Notes: a model not told the origin generated them from the letters alone. DNA of 57,186 bases from a virus (IMGVR_UViG_3300044970_001263:1-57186); one strand, 5' to 3'. Positions 16,834 through 28,398 are shown, counted from the first letter of the stretch. Numbers and translations are program-made.

Positions 16834-19800
16834 ATGGCTGATGCAAGGTTCGTAGCAAAAGTAGACGGCGACCTAAGTGGTCTAAAGAAAGCTGCTGGAG
16901 AGGCGCAGAGTCTCTTTAAGCAGTTTGCCCCTACTGGGCTAAAAGCTGAATACGAGAAGACTGGCAAAGCCATTGGCGATATGCTTAAGGCTCCTAAGGG
17001 AACCTCAACATCTGCTAAGGTTGCTGTCGGCGGAGCCCTTATTAAAGAAGTCAAGAATGCAGAGAATGCGTTCAACGGCTTGATTAGGAACCTTGGCGAC
17101 AAGCTCGGCTACGCCTTTGGGCGAGCTCTTACGCCAGCAGAAAAACTACGACGCACGATCGCGGACACCAGCGCTGACAAGATGAAGCGCAGCCTCGATA
17201 ACGCTGCGAAAGAAATCCCCAAGATCTCCACCGCACTATTTAAAGTGGACGACGCGTGGAAGGGCATTTCTGTACAGGCGGAACTTCAGCGAAAGAAGCT
17301 GAAGGATCAAGCCTCATATATTTCTACACTTAAACAGAATGTTGCGAACCTCCGCAAGGAGTACGACGCACGAGCCGAAGTCGCTAAGACTGAAGCCGCA
17401 GTCAAGAAGCTCGGAGAAACCCGAAAGCGTCTTGATGAATCTGAAAAGGCTCTTAAGGCTGCTGTCAAGAAGTCAGAAGAAGACCTTAGGAAGAAAGAGT
17501 CTGAGCGAGTTGCCGTACTTGGCAGCATTAATGCTCAGGTCTCTAAGGGTCTTAGTGCGCTCAAGCTTACAACCGAAGAAGAGAAAAAGCTTAGCGTTTC
17601 AGAGAAGCTTCGCCTTGTCACACAAAAGCAACTTACAGAAGAGCAGACCAAACAAGCTAAGATCGCAGCGCAGCAGCAACAGATTGACGCTGCTCGTCGT
17701 CAGGCATATGCCCTTACGATTGCTGGCGGTCAGCTAAAGAACTACGGCGATCAGATGAACCAACTGTCGATGCAGAGCGCAGAGGCATTTGGTAACATCG
17801 ACTACCAGATCCGCCGAGCTGCAGCAGCCAGTGGCGCTAGTGCTGAAATGGTCAATGAGCTAACACAGGCAGCAAAGCGTGCCGCAGAAGAAATGGGATA
17901 TTTCTCGTCTGAGGAAATTGCGAAGGGTATGTACTTCTTCGCATCAACCACAGGTGCGGCTGTAGATAGCACTAGCGATCTAGCGAAGATGATGTCTGAG
18001 CTAACGCCAATTATGCAGGCTGCTGCAATCACTTCGTCCGACATGGAAACAACCATTAAGGGCGTATACGGTGTTCTTAACCAATTCGGTTTGCCAATGG
18101 AGAACGCCTCCAATGTGACCGAAATGCTCTACTACGCAGCGCAGAAGACTGCTGCTGAGCTTCCAGACTTTGTTGAATCACTAAAGATGCTTGGTCCTGT
18201 GGCAGCACAGGCTGGAGTATCGTTCGAAGACACACTTAAGGCGCTTGCGCTGCTTGCTGACAACGGCATTCGTGGAACCATGGCTGGACGCGCAGTCCGA
18301 CAGATGTTCTTGCAGCTGAACGACCCAGCAAACCGCGCAACAGAAGCACTTGACGGTGCTGTAAAAGCGCAGCTTGGGGTAAACAAGAGCTTCAAGGATC
18401 TTGTGTTCCCGAAGGGCGAGTTCATTGGTATGGCTGGATACATTCGCACCCTTGCGAAAGTAACTGCCAACATGAACGACAGGCAGCGTGGTAATATCCT
18501 CGGAATTATCGCAACTGCCGCCGAAGTCCCAGCACTCACAAAGCTTATTGAAGCAGAAACTATTGCCATGAAGAATGGCACAAGCGCCCTAAACGACAAC
18601 ACCAAGGGTATTGGCGATGCTGCTGCAGCGAACGCATTGTTTGCAGACAGCTTGGAGCTTGTTGGTGCTTCTACTAAGGCTAACCTTGGTAGGATTAGCG
18701 CTTCTATTACAAACATTAAGGCAACGATGGGTGAGGCTCTTGCCCCAGCCATCGAGCGCCTATCGATGGTACTCGCAGATGTCTCCGAGAAGTTTGATGC
18801 GTTTGCTAAGGCAAACCCAGAACTTGTCAAGACAATCGCAAACTTTGCAGTTCTTGGTGGAGTTGTAGCGACTGTCGGCGGAGCGCTTCTTGCATTCTTC
18901 GGAGCATTCCGACTCGTAACAAAAGTTGCGTTTGCGGAAATTGCTCTTATTGCCAGGGGTGGAAAGTCAGCAACAGCCGCACTAACTGGTGGCGCTGCTG
19001 GCATGGAAGCCACTGCAGTTGCCGCTGGAGCGGCTGCTAAGCAGACCGCTGGTCTATCAAAAACCACGAGCTTCCTTGGCGGACTCTTTGGTGGTCTTAA
19101 GGCTAAGGCAGCAGCACCGTTCACAGCGATCAAAGCTGGCGGTGGTGTTGGCGCTAAGATCCTTGGTGTTCTTGGCAAGCTCGGAGGATTCCTCGGTGGA
19201 ATCTTCAGGGTGCTTGGTCTTAAGGTACAAGCAGTAATTACAATCTTTGCTGGTCTATTCACTGGTTTGTTCCAGGGTCTAAGCGGTGGCAAGGGCGAAA
19301 CAGATGCGCTTGGTGGCGCAATGAGCGTTCTCGGCACGGTTCTTGAAGGTGTTGGGAAAGTCGTTGAGATCCTATCTGCAGCGTTTGGCTTCTTGTTTGA
19401 AGCTGCTAGGACAGCTGGTATTTTTATCGGTCAGCTCTTCGGAGAAGGCGGACCACTATCTGGCGTTGCTGATGTCATTGGTGGGACTTTTGGTCTTGTC
19501 GGGGATATTCTTGGCAACATCGGCGGGTTCGTCGGTGATGTAACAAATAACCTTAAGCAAATGAATGATGACGCGCTAAACCCACAGGGTAAGCGTCTTC
19601 GTGAAATTGATGCTGAGGTAGCAAGGCTTAAAGCTGGCTATGGCGCGATGAGTGAGTCCGTTAAGGACGACACCCGTGAGCGAATCAGGCTTCTTAACCT
19701 TGAGCGTAACACGATTCTTGGTCTTACTAATGCAACTACAAACGCATGGGCAAACAGTCAGGCATTCATCGACTTCCGAAAGGGAGAGCGAGGAGAGCTA

Positions 19801-21318
19801 GGTTCAGACTGGACTAAAGGCATTATCGCACAGATTAATGCTAATAAGCCTAAGACTGGCGGTGGTGGAGGTGGTGGTGGCAGCGATGCTGGCACTGCTG
19901 CAAAAACAGCGCAAGAGAAAGCTCTTGAGCTTGCTCAACAGGCTGCAAGCCTTGCCGAAGCACTGTACAAGATTGACGGTCTTGACCTTAAAGCTTTGGT
20001 GAAGAGGTCAATGGGCAAGGTGGCGGAAGCCATGAAGCTTGCTATTAAGTACTCACTTCCATACGCAAAGGCATTCTCTGCAAAGACGTTAACTGTTGTT
20101 GGTAACTTTGCTGATGCAGTTGGTAAGGTTGCCTCTGCAATCGGTGGCATGGTTGACGCAGCTGAAAAGATTGCGACATACAAAGCACCTAAGCCAGCGG
20201 CTCTTAAGCAGATTGTAGCAGATATCTCTGTTGCAATGAAGTACATGATTGCCGAGTCGAAGAAATTCGCGGGCAGCTCAGTCGTTCAGGTACAGGCATT
20301 CGCTGACTCAGCGCAGGCTGTTGTAGGCTCCATTGGGGCTGCAGTAGATGCCTTTAACTCAATGGCTACGGGCGTGTACAGCCCACCTGGAGATATCCTA
20401 AAGAAGATTGCTGACGACATTAGTAAGGCAGTTGCTGCATTTGTGGCACAGCTTGCTAGTGCGCCAACGCAGCCAATGCTTGACAAGGCTCAGGCATTTG
20501 CTACGGCGGCTGACGCAACTCTTGGGACAATCGGAAATGCTGTAAACGCATTTAAGGATCTACGAAAGTTTGTACGACCACTACCAGGTGACCTACAAGC
20601 AGTAGTTGACACCATTGAACTTGCCATCCGAAAGATGCTTGTTTCTATGGGCAACTTCAGCTTGACTAAGGACCAACTTGAGGTAGTGAATACGTTTGCT
20701 GGAGTAGCAAAGGCGATTGCTGATGCAGTCGGCGGAACCTACGATGCGTTCGTAAAACAGATGGATTTTGTCGACCAGTTTAGGACCGAAATCGATTACG
20801 ATAAGGTATTTGGCTGGATCGAGATGGGCATCCGCAAGATGGCGGATATCGCAGGGGCTATGCCAGTCGGAATGATTGCCATGGCAAATGATGCAGCGGA
20901 GGCTGCCCAAGCAATTGCTGGGGCGCTCGAGTCATTCTTTAACCTTGCAGTAAATACTGGTGGCGACCCAGCGCTGCTTGCAGATTCTCTGCAGGTTGCG
21001 GTGAACAGCGTACTCGCAGTCATTGAGGCATTTGCCTCCACGACCGAGTTTGTTGGCGCACAGTTCGTTGACAGTCTAATCGTCGGGATGCAGTCCCGTG
21101 AGTCTGCACTGGCGGCTGAGGCTGCTCGACTTACACAGATTATGGGTAGCGTTGGTGGAACCTCTCTCATGAGGACCAACAACAATACCATGACCATTAA
21201 CCATGTGGTCACTGATCCGAACGGCGTTCTCAAGAATGCCTCGGCTCAAGAGGTCGCTAACTTGCTTAGCGGAGATGTGTTCATTAGCAATCTCCAGCAT
21301 AGCATTAAGACACAGTAG
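16834..21318 (+). CDS. Tape measure protein
   Basis: 1494 aa and Ala-rich. TP901-type core (LADNGIRGTMAGRAVR) plus hydrophobic Gly-rich segments. Confidence 0.95.
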   Translation: MADARFVAKVDGDLSGLKKAAGEAQSLFKQFAPTGLKAEYEKTGKAIGDMLKAPKGTSTSAKVAVGGALIKEVKNAENAFNGLIRNLGDKLGYAFGRALTPAEKLRRTIADTSADKMKRSLDNAAKEIPKISTALFKVDDAWKGISVQAELQRKKLKDQASYISTLKQNVANLRKEYDARAEVAKTEAAVKKLGETRKRLDESEKALKAAVKKSEEDLRKKESERVAVLGSINAQVSKGLSALKLTTEEEKKLSVSEKLRLVTQKQLTEEQTKQAKIAAQQQQIDAARRQAYALTIAGGQLKNYGDQMNQLSMQSAEAFGNIDYQIRRAAAASGASAEMVNELTQAAKRAAEEMGYFSSEEIAKGMYFFASTTGAAVDSTSDLAKMMSELTPIMQAAAITSSDMETTIKGVYGVLNQFGLPMENASNVTEMLYYAAQKTAAELPDFVESLKMLGPVAAQAGVSFEDTLKALALLADNGIRGTMAGRAVRQMFLQLNDPANRATEALDGAVKAQLGVNKSFKDLVFPKGEFIGMAGYIRTLAKVTANMNDRQRGNILGIIATAAEVPALTKLIEAETIAMKNGTSALNDNTKGIGDAAAANALFADSLELVGASTKANLGRISASITNIKATMGEALAPAIERLSMVLADVSEKFDAFAKANPELVKTIANFAVLGGVVATVGGALLAFFGAFRLVTKVAFAEIALIARGGKSATAALTGGAAGMEATAVAAGAAAKQTAGLSKTTSFLGGLFGGLKAKAAAPFTAIKAGGGVGAKILGVLGKLGGFLGGIFRVLGLKVQAVITIFAGLFTGLFQGLSGGKGETDALGGAMSVLGTVLEGVGKVVEILSAAFGFLFEAARTAGIFIGQLFGEGGPLSGVADVIGGTFGLVGDILGNIGGFVGDVTNNLKQMNDDALNPQGKRLREIDAEVARLKAGYGAMSESVKDDTRERIRLLNLERNTILGLTNATTNAWANSQAFIDFRKGERGELGSDWTKGIIAQINANKPKTGGGGGGGGSDAGTAAKTAQEKALELAQQAASLAEALYKIDGLDLKALVKRSMGKVAEAMKLAIKYSLPYAKAFSAKTLTVVGNFADAVGKVASAIGGMVDAAEKIATYKAPKPAALKQIVADISVAMKYMIAESKKFAGSSVVQVQAFADSAQAVVGSIGAAVDAFNSMATGVYSPPGDILKKIADDISKAVAAFVAQLASAPTQPMLDKAQAFATAADATLGTIGNAVNAFKDLRKFVRPLPGDLQAVVDTIELAIRKMLVSMGNFSLTKDQLEVVNTFAGVAKAIADAVGGTYDAFVKQMDFVDQFRTEIDYDKVFGWIEMGIRKMADIAGAMPVGMIAMANDAAEAAQAIAGALESFFNLAVNTGGDPALLADSLQVAVNSVLAVIEAFASTTEFVGAQFVDSLIVGMQSRESALAAEAARLTQIMGSVGGTSLMRTNNNTMTINHVVTDPNGVLKNASAQEVANLLSGDVFISNLQHSIKTQ

Positions 21319-21366
21319 TAGAAATGGGGGAGGGGCTGCGGCTCCTCCCCCTGATTGAGAGGTCAG

Positions 21367-24348
21367 ATGCCAACTCAGACATACGCTTGCTCAGCAGACG
21401 CTTCGGCTCTTAAGGGCGCAGATGGTACGAACTATACTTCAGACTGGAACGGCACTGGCTACATGACCCCTATTGGGGTTTCTGCATCTGGGACCTTTGT
21501 GTTCCGTGGTCTTATGCACTTTAGTTCATTTACGACCAGTGGGATCACTAGCATTACCTCGGCTACTCTTCAACTTAACTATTATAATAACGGTCCTGAC
21601 GGCGGAAACGCGCTCAATGCTGGAAACAGCACGAACAGGACAGTTGAAGTATACCTAGCCCCATCTTCCTTTGTTAATGCTGGTGCTGCTGCTGGATTCC
21701 CAGCAACTGGTTGGACTAACTACTCACCATATACTTACGAAGCTAAATGCACTGGATATCTTACTACTCCAAAAGCAACCTACCTGGTTAGCGGTACTAA
21801 AGCCGACGGAGCAAACATCAACATCGATGTTACTAGCCTTATGGCTTATGTTCTTGCAAACCCTTCGTTTACTTTTCGAGGGTTTGTGCTCAAGGTTAGC
21901 AGTGAGTCAGCAAGCAGCACAAACTCGTGCGTACAATTCTACTCAATCGACTCAAGCGTTTCTGCTAATGATCCAGTTCTTAGCGTAACGTATAACAGCA
22001 ATACTGCTCCAAACGCGCCAACCAGCTTGACCCCTACTGGGGGAGGCTTTACAACAAGCAAAGTTCTTTCTGCAACTTTTAGCGATCCAGATTCTGGAGA
22101 TTCTTTAAGTGCCTACCAGGTGCAGATTTCTACAGGCAGTGCATTCTCTACAATCCTCTATGATTCAGGAGAAGTGGCGGACACTGGCACTTCTATTGCC
22201 CATACACACACGGCAGCACTTACCTACAACACGACCTACTACTGGCGTGCTAGGACAAAGGATGCTGCTGGTCTCTGGGGTCCGTACTCTGCTGGAACGG
22301 ACTCGTTCAAGCCTAACACGAAGCCGAATACTCCGTCTAACCTAACGCCTTCTGGTGGATCTATCGTAAACAGCCTAACGCCAACATTCAGCGGAAGTTC
22401 GTCAGATCCAGATAGCGGTGACTCCCTTGCGCTTGCAAGGATTCGTGTGTACCGATCCAGCGATAACCGCATGGAGTGGGACAGCGGAGACTTTGCTTCT
22501 GGCGTTGCATCGTTTACGAAGATCTTCGGAAGCGGCGGAACTACATACAATAACCTAAGTCTCAATACTGATTACTATTGGACTGCTGTCGTAAAAGACA
22601 GTAACGGAGCCTCATCCTCGACCTCATCCTCTGCAACGTTTGCAACGTACGCATCAGGTGTAGGCGACATGACACCATCAGTCACAAATGGTGATGGCTG
22701 GGTCAAGACCCTTACTCCATCGTTCAACTTTACTACACCAGTAGATATGAATCAGTATACCCTTAGGATCTATGATACTAACGGTACACTAATTAGGACT
22801 ATCGGTCCAACGACCGTAAGCCCAGTGGCGACAACGCTATCGACTGCGTACACTTACTCTGGGGCACCTGCTCTTGAGTTTGGTAATAGGTATCAGTGGA
22901 CTGCTCAGTTTCGAGACACTAACAACGTAACTCAAACCGAGTCGGCGAAGGAAGTGTTTTGGACGAACGCGGCCCCTGTAGCAAATAATATTTTCCCATC
23001 GAACAACCAGGCCGTTACGTCAATTAACCCTGCGATCGAAGTAGGGTTTGCTGACCAAGACCTGTCCAATGGGTTCGCTGACTCTCCAACGGCTCTGTCC
23101 GTCGAGGTCAGCCGATCTAGCGACAGTGTAATCATGTACACGATGAGCAAGACTGCTTCGCTTTCTAGCGTAAGCAATGCCTTGTCACAGGGTGCTTCTG
23201 GTGTAACAACTACGGCTGGTGCTGGCGGGACGACCTTAACAAAGAACGTTCAATACCGATACCGTAGCCGCTATACGGACAACTCAGCCGCATCAAACGC
23301 GGTCGGTTCTTACAGCGAGTACGTATTCTTCAAGCCGACAGATGGTCCAAGCGCAGCATATAAAACCAGTGGTGGGTACACCAGCGGTGTTGCTGATAGC
23401 GACCTGACCACAGGCAAGATCAATAACCCTCTGCCAGAGCTAAGCTACACCTTTACTGGTGCTTTTAGCAAAACGCAGAAAAACCGACGGCTCAGGATTA
23501 TTGAGACATCTGCAAGCAATGCCATTCGGTATGACAGCGGATTTGTTCTTACTTCTGAGTCAACGCTGACCGTCCCAGATAGTATTATTCTTAATAATGC
23601 TACCTACAAATTTGAGATCACTGCAGTAGATACGGACGATCTTGCTGCTACTCCAATCGAGACGACACTTGTTGCCCTGTGGAATGCTCCAGCTCAGATT
23701 ACTGGTCTTGACGTTCAGCAAGGCAACGGTACGCTAAAGCTTACTTGGAACCAGACGGCAGATGCAAACTTTACAAAGTATAACATCTACCGTCGACTTT
23801 TTGGATCTGGTTTGCAGTTCACGCTGCTGACAAGCATCTCGGATAGCACAGTGCTCAACTACACAGACTACTCCGCAGGAGTGGGCGTGAAGTACGAGTA
23901 CAAAATTACCCAGACTTCTCAGCCTCCTGCATCTAACTCAGTAGACTCGGACATCGACGCTGCTTCTGCAGTGACCGCTGCCTCAGAGTCGGATAACTGG
24001 TGGATTGTCTACGAAGGCGACGAGAGCCTTGGTGTCGAGCTGTACGTAGATTCAGAGAGCCGCACCAATCCGTACCAAGAAGAAATCTTTGAGCCGTTCG
24101 GACGACCCCGCAAGGTCGTTGTCCGATACGCTCAGTTTGGCGTTGAGGGTAGCCTCTCTGCGTACATCCCGAACGACGAGTCTTCGGTCAAGATGCCGAA
24201 GATCAAGTTGCTGTTTGGGCTTAGCGTTCCGCTCTATCTAAAGACACCGTTTGGTGACGTGTACAAGGTCTACTTCGGTACGCCGACGTACGAATACGCC
24301 ACCGCTGGAACGGTCAAGCTATCAGTAGGATATATCGAGGTTGATTAA
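21367..24348 (+). CDS. Minor tail protein with Fn3/Ig-like repeats
   Basis: Repeated N..PN.P..LTP / SDPDSGD / YYW modules; C-terminal LYLKTPFGD distal-tail-like end. Confidence 0.8.
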   Translation: MPTQTYACSADASALKGADGTNYTSDWNGTGYMTPIGVSASGTFVFRGLMHFSSFTTSGITSITSATLQLNYYNNGPDGGNALNAGNSTNRTVEVYLAPSSFVNAGAAAGFPATGWTNYSPYTYEAKCTGYLTTPKATYLVSGTKADGANINIDVTSLMAYVLANPSFTFRGFVLKVSSESASSTNSCVQFYSIDSSVSANDPVLSVTYNSNTAPNAPTSLTPTGGGFTTSKVLSATFSDPDSGDSLSAYQVQISTGSAFSTILYDSGEVADTGTSIAHTHTAALTYNTTYYWRARTKDAAGLWGPYSAGTDSFKPNTKPNTPSNLTPSGGSIVNSLTPTFSGSSSDPDSGDSLALARIRVYRSSDNRMEWDSGDFASGVASFTKIFGSGGTTYNNLSLNTDYYWTAVVKDSNGASSSTSSSATFATYASGVGDMTPSVTNGDGWVKTLTPSFNFTTPVDMNQYTLRIYDTNGTLIRTIGPTTVSPVATTLSTAYTYSGAPALEFGNRYQWTAQFRDTNNVTQTESAKEVFWTNAAPVANNIFPSNNQAVTSINPAIEVGFADQDLSNGFADSPTALSVEVSRSSDSVIMYTMSKTASLSSVSNALSQGASGVTTTAGAGGTTLTKNVQYRYRSRYTDNSAASNAVGSYSEYVFFKPTDGPSAAYKTSGGYTSGVADSDLTTGKINNPLPELSYTFTGAFSKTQKNRRLRIIETSASNAIRYDSGFVLTSESTLTVPDSIILNNATYKFEITAVDTDDLAATPIETTLVALWNAPAQITGLDVQQGNGTLKLTWNQTADANFTKYNIYRRLFGSGLQFTLLTSISDSTVLNYTDYSAGVGVKYEYKITQTSQPPASNSVDSDIDAASAVTAASESDNWWIVYEGDESLGVELYVDSESRTNPYQEEIFEPFGRPRKVVVRYAQFGVEGSLSAYIPNDESSVKMPKIKLLFGLSVPLYLKTPFGDVYKVYFGTPTYEYATAGTVKLSVGYIEVD

Positions 24349-25553
24349 TGTATTCAAGCATCCCTAATCTTGCAGAGTTCAAAGAGGCGCTAAACGCGCC
24401 AATTCGTGACGTTAAGATTCGGGTTACTGCTTTGAACAGCAGCCTCACCCCAATTGAGGAGGTCACTGCCTCCACGATTGAAGGCACTGTCTACGTCGAT
24501 ACGGCGCGAGCGACACGCAGGACGTGTCAGCTCCGCCTTATCGACAAAGACGGTCAGTATACTCCTAAGGATTCAAGCTCAGTCTTCTACTGGGACAAGC
24601 TCATTAAGATTGAGTATGGTCTCAAGGTAGGCGGCGATTATACCTACATTCCGCTCGGCATCTTCACGATTGACCGATCTGAGGTCATCGCGGAGAACGG
24701 TGCCGCAGTCATCAACCTTGACGGCAGCGACCAGTGGGACTCGTTCTCAATGGCAAACTTTGCAAGCAGCAGTGGCTGGGCAAGCGGAACTTCAATCAAT
24801 ACGATTATTACCGATGTCGCTACAACGTACGGTGTTCCATCATCTCGGCTAACGCTCGATCCGTTAACCACGCGGGGAGCAACTGAGAAGCAGGTCAACG
24901 TCACGTGGCGATACCAACTCGGCGAAAACGTCGGGGAGCGGCTCAAGAAGTGGGCTGAGGACTGGTCGATCGACATCTACTTTGATGTGAACGGCAACCT
25001 CGTAACCCGCGACATGACACTGCCACCGTACACTGGTACGTCTAACAGCGCACCAGATGCGATCTTCACATCTGGCGAGAACGCCATTATGCTTGGAATC
25101 CAGAAGGCTCAATCGTCGCATACGATCTATAACCACATCGTGGTTACTGGAGATACTGGCGATGGTACCGCTGCAGTTCGCGGCGAGTACATCGAGGGCA
25201 CTGGAACCAACGTAAGCACTGCCCCACTTAAGCGAACATTCAACCAGCGATCAAACACTGGTCTGACTGTTTCTGAGCTTGGCGACAAGGTGCTCATTAT
25301 CCGAACAACGACGCTGAAGACTTCGCAGCAATGCCTCGACCGAGCAATGGTTGAACTTTCTAAGAACCTTGTGGTTGAAGAGACGATCAACCTCCCGACA
25401 ATCGTAAACCCTCTCTTCGAGGGGAAAGACGTGATTGAGATTACAGAGACGAACACTGGTCTTAACCAGCAGCGGTACACGCTGGATTCGTTTGACATTC
25501 CAATGCGTTCTAGCCGACAGGTCTTGAACGTCAAGAAGATGAGGGCACTGTAA
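24348..25553 (+). CDS. Tail hub/baseplate protein
   Basis: RRTCQL, IPLGIF, YFDVNG and YNHIVVTG motifs seen in siphovirus tail-tip proteins. Confidence 0.8.
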   Translation: MYSSIPNLAEFKEALNAPIRDVKIRVTALNSSLTPIEEVTASTIEGTVYVDTARATRRTCQLRLIDKDGQYTPKDSSSVFYWDKLIKIEYGLKVGGDYTYIPLGIFTIDRSEVIAENGAAVINLDGSDQWDSFSMANFASSSGWASGTSINTIITDVATTYGVPSSRLTLDPLTTRGATEKQVNVTWRYQLGENVGERLKKWAEDWSIDIYFDVNGNLVTRDMTLPPYTGTSNSAPDAIFTSGENAIMLGIQKAQSSHTIYNHIVVTGDTGDGTAAVRGEYIEGTGTNVSTAPLKRTFNQRSNTGLTVSELGDKVLIIRTTTLKTSQQCLDRAMVELSKNLVVEETINLPTIVNPLFEGKDVIEITETNTGLNQQRYTLDSFDIPMRSSRQVLNVKKMRAL

Positions 25554-26515
25554 TGGCAGAGATTGGCGATAAAGTATTTACGACAGACATGATCCAGTTG
25601 ATCAAGGATGCTGTCAAGGCTGAGTTGGGAACCAACGCATATGTCAACCGCTACTTGGCGGAAGTCACTGCGGTAGATACCACAACATCAGCAGTGTCGG
25701 TCAAACTTTCAGGTTCTGACTCTGTGTCAGACAGTTTCCGAGCACGCGGCATTCACTTGCCAGAAGTTGGGCAGCAGGTTGTCGCCTGTATTGATGGGCA
25801 AGACCGATGGATTGAATCAGTGATTCGACCAACAACCAGTACACCGTATTTTACTTTTGATACTGCTGCAGCCGTCCCAACTGGGGCAATTGTAGCATGG
25901 CTTACGACTACTGCACCAACTGGCTGGCTGTTCTGTGATGGAACAACAAAAAATTATAATGATTACCCAGAACTTGGTGCACTGCGCGGAGGTACTGCAG
26001 GCGGAACATTTACTGTCCCTAACTTGCAAGATCGTTTTATCGCAGGAAATTCATCAGTAACAAGTGCAGCGTCAAACAATTCTGGAACATTTGCTCCAAC
26101 TTCTAGACTATCAGATCATAGCCATTCCTTTACTGGAGATTCTCATTCTCATGATATTGCTCACGGTCATGCAAACAATATTTCAGTAGGTACACACGGA
26201 GATCACACCCACACCGTTAACCCAGCAGCAACATCAAGCGGAACTGCTTCTGTTGGTGCTATTGACAACACTCAGTTTGCTTATATTGCAAGCGGGGCAA
26301 CTTACCGTGCGCATACTCACTCAACAGACATTGGTTCTACGACTTCTTCTGCTGAAAATGCTAATCTTACCCATACCGTTAGTGGTGGAGTAACAAACCT
26401 TGGGTCAACCCAAAGCCTTGCTACAACTGCTACTGGTACAAATAGTGTTCAGGACTGGACTACTGCTGAGGCTACTGCTAAAGCGTCATTACTAAACTTT
26501 ATTATTAAAACCTAA
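25553..26515 (+). CDS. Tail fibre/spike with collar domain
   Basis: PTGAIVAW...PTGWLFCDG...FTVPNLQDRF collar motif and HxH metal-binding repeats. Confidence 0.88.
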   Translation: MAEIGDKVFTTDMIQLIKDAVKAELGTNAYVNRYLAEVTAVDTTTSAVSVKLSGSDSVSDSFRARGIHLPEVGQQVVACIDGQDRWIESVIRPTTSTPYFTFDTAAAVPTGAIVAWLTTTAPTGWLFCDGTTKNYNDYPELGALRGGTAGGTFTVPNLQDRFIAGNSSVTSAASNNSGTFAPTSRLSDHSHSFTGDSHSHDIAHGHANNISVGTHGDHTHTVNPAATSSGTASVGAIDNTQFAYIASGATYRAHTHSTDIGSTTSSAENANLTHTVSGGVTNLGSTQSLATTATGTNSVQDWTTAEATAKASLLNFIIKT

Positions 26516-26524
26516 GGAGGGCTT

Positions 26525-26878
26525 ATGCCTGCTGGAAAGCATGACATTATTATCGAGCAAGGGGCTACCTTCCGACGGGTTATTACCTGGAAGGATTCGT
26601 CTGGATCTCCAATCAATCTTACTGGGTATACAGCCAAGATGCAAGTGCGCGAGCGAGTCCGCGATTCGGACGTGGTACTCGAGTGCAGTACATCTAATGG
26701 GCGAATCACGCTAGGCGGCTCCGCTGGCACGATTACAATCGTTGCCCAGGATGAGGTGACTGTACTTTTAAGCGAGATGCCAAAGGCTGTGTACGACCTA
26801 GAGTTGACTTCTGCTGGCGGTGAAGTCACTCGTCTACTACGAGGTAACGCCGAAATTATTGGCGAGGTAACGCGATGA
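26525..26878 (+). CDS. Tail fibre adaptor-like beta protein
   Basis: IEQGATF...INLTGYTAKMQVR...YDLEL...RLLRG pattern. Confidence 0.7.
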   Translation: MPAGKHDIIIEQGATFRRVITWKDSSGSPINLTGYTAKMQVRERVRDSDVVLECSTSNGRITLGGSAGTITIVAQDEVTVLLSEMPKAVYDLELTSAGGEVTRLLRGNAEIIGEVTR

Positions 26879-27231
26879 GCAATACCACAGTAGAGCAGCC
26901 AGCAAACGTCGTTATTATTGACGAAGAGCACATTGCCGTAACTGTACAGGAAAACGCATTTGACGTTATCCTTGCAGAGACTGGTGTGCAAGGTCCACAG
27001 GGTCCGCAAGGTCTGCAGGGCACTCCTGGAATTGACCGAAATACTTATGTACACAATCAGAATGTTCCTTCTGCGGTCTGGAACATTGTTCACAACCTAG
27101 GCTCGTACCCGTCGGTGACGGTTATCGACAGCGCAGGAACTACCGTTGTTGGTGACGTTCTATACGTCTCAGCCAACGCGATAACAATCACCTTCTCTGG
27201 GTCGTTCTCAGGGCAGGCATTTTTGAATTAA
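26875..27231 (+). CDS. Short collagen-repeat tail protein
   Basis: GPQGPQGLQG and WNIVHNLGSYPSV. Confidence 0.75.
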   Translation: MSNTTVEQPANVVIIDEEHIAVTVQENAFDVILAETGVQGPQGPQGLQGTPGIDRNTYVHNQNVPSAVWNIVHNLGSYPSVTVIDSAGTTVVGDVLYVSANAITITFSGSFSGQAFLN

Positions 27232-27240
27232 GGAGAATAC

Positions 27241-28398
27241 ATGGCTACGCGATTTCTCGCTAACATCAACCTAAGCCAGAACGAACTTCAGAACGCTCGA
27301 GTCCAGAACCTTACGACCACACAGATCAACGCGATCAGCGCGCCAGTCGATGGTCAGATCGTTTACGACTCAACGCTAGACTACCTGAAGTATTACAATG
27401 GCAGTGCATGGGTTGCGCTTTCGACTGCAACTGGTACGGTCACAACCGTTACGGCATCTAGCCCTCTTGCTTCGACTGGCGGCAATACGCCAGACATCAG
27501 CATCCAGGACGGTACGACCAGCGCCAAGGGTGCTGTGCAACTTGAGGACTCGTACTCGAGCACCTCGACCACCAAGGCTGCAACGCCTGCTGCTGTTAAG
27601 GCTGCTTACGACCTTGCTGCTGGCAAGGCAAGCACTGCTAACAAACTGAGCGACTTTGCTGCGACGACTTCCGCCGAACTCGCTGGTGTCATCACTGATG
27701 AGACTGGCTCTGGCGCACTCGTCTTTGCTACTAGCCCAACGCTCGTTACGCCGAACATCGGTGTAGCAAGCGGTACGAGCCTGACCCTTTCTGGTGACCT
27801 GACGGTCAACGGAACGACGACGACGGTAAACTCGACGACCGTAACGGTTGACGATAAGAACCTTGAACTCGGTTCAATCGCAAGCCCAACTGATGCTGCT
27901 GCTGATGGCGGTGGTATTACTCTTAAGGGTACGACCGACAAGACTCTTAACTGGGTCGACGCAACTGACGCATGGACCTCATCGGAGAACTTTAATCTTG
28001 CCACTGGCAAGGTCTACGAAATCAACGGAACCAGCGTTCTTAGCGCAAGCACTCTTGGCAGCGGCGTAACCGCCTCAAGCCTTACCTCTGTCGGAACCAT
28101 CACCTCTGGTGTGTGGAACGGCACAGACATCGCCGTCGCAGACGGTGGTACGGGCGCAAGCGATGCGGCTGGTGCTAAGACCAATCTAGGATTCATGACC
28201 CGCTATGCAGTCACGGCAACGTGGACTGCTGGTGAGAACAAGACTGTTACTCACTCGCTCGGAACGAAGGACGTTATCGTTAACGTCTACGATTCGTCCG
28301 ATGCAATGGTCATCGCAGATGTGGTGACCACTTCTACCAGCGCAATCACTGTGATGTGCAGTGTCGCTGGCGACTACCGAGTAGTCGTAATCGGCTGA
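27241..28398 (+). CDS. Tail fibre protein
   Basis: KGAVQL...AATPAAVKAAYD fibre repeat, SSLTSVGTI, GGTGAS. Confidence 0.85.
   Translation: MATRFLANINLSQNELQNARVQNLTTTQINAISAPVDGQIVYDSTLDYLKYYNGSAWVALSTATGTVTTVTASSPLASTGGNTPDISIQDGTTSAKGAVQLEDSYSSTSTTKAATPAAVKAAYDLAAGKASTANKLSDFAATTSAELAGVITDETGSGALVFATSPTLVTPNIGVASGTSLTLSGDLTVNGTTTTVNSTTVTVDDKNLELGSIASPTDAAADGGGITLKGTTDKTLNWVDATDAWTSSENFNLATGKVYEINGTSVLSASTLGSGVTASSLTSVGTITSGVWNGTDIAVADGGTGASDAAGAKTNLGFMTRYAVTATWTAGENKTVTHSLGTKDVIVNVYDSSDAMVIADVVTTSTSAITVMCSVAGDYRVVVIG

Noticed and set aside
18132-19337. 401-aa minus-strand ORF
   Set aside because: Antisense to the Ala/Gly-rich tape measure gene.
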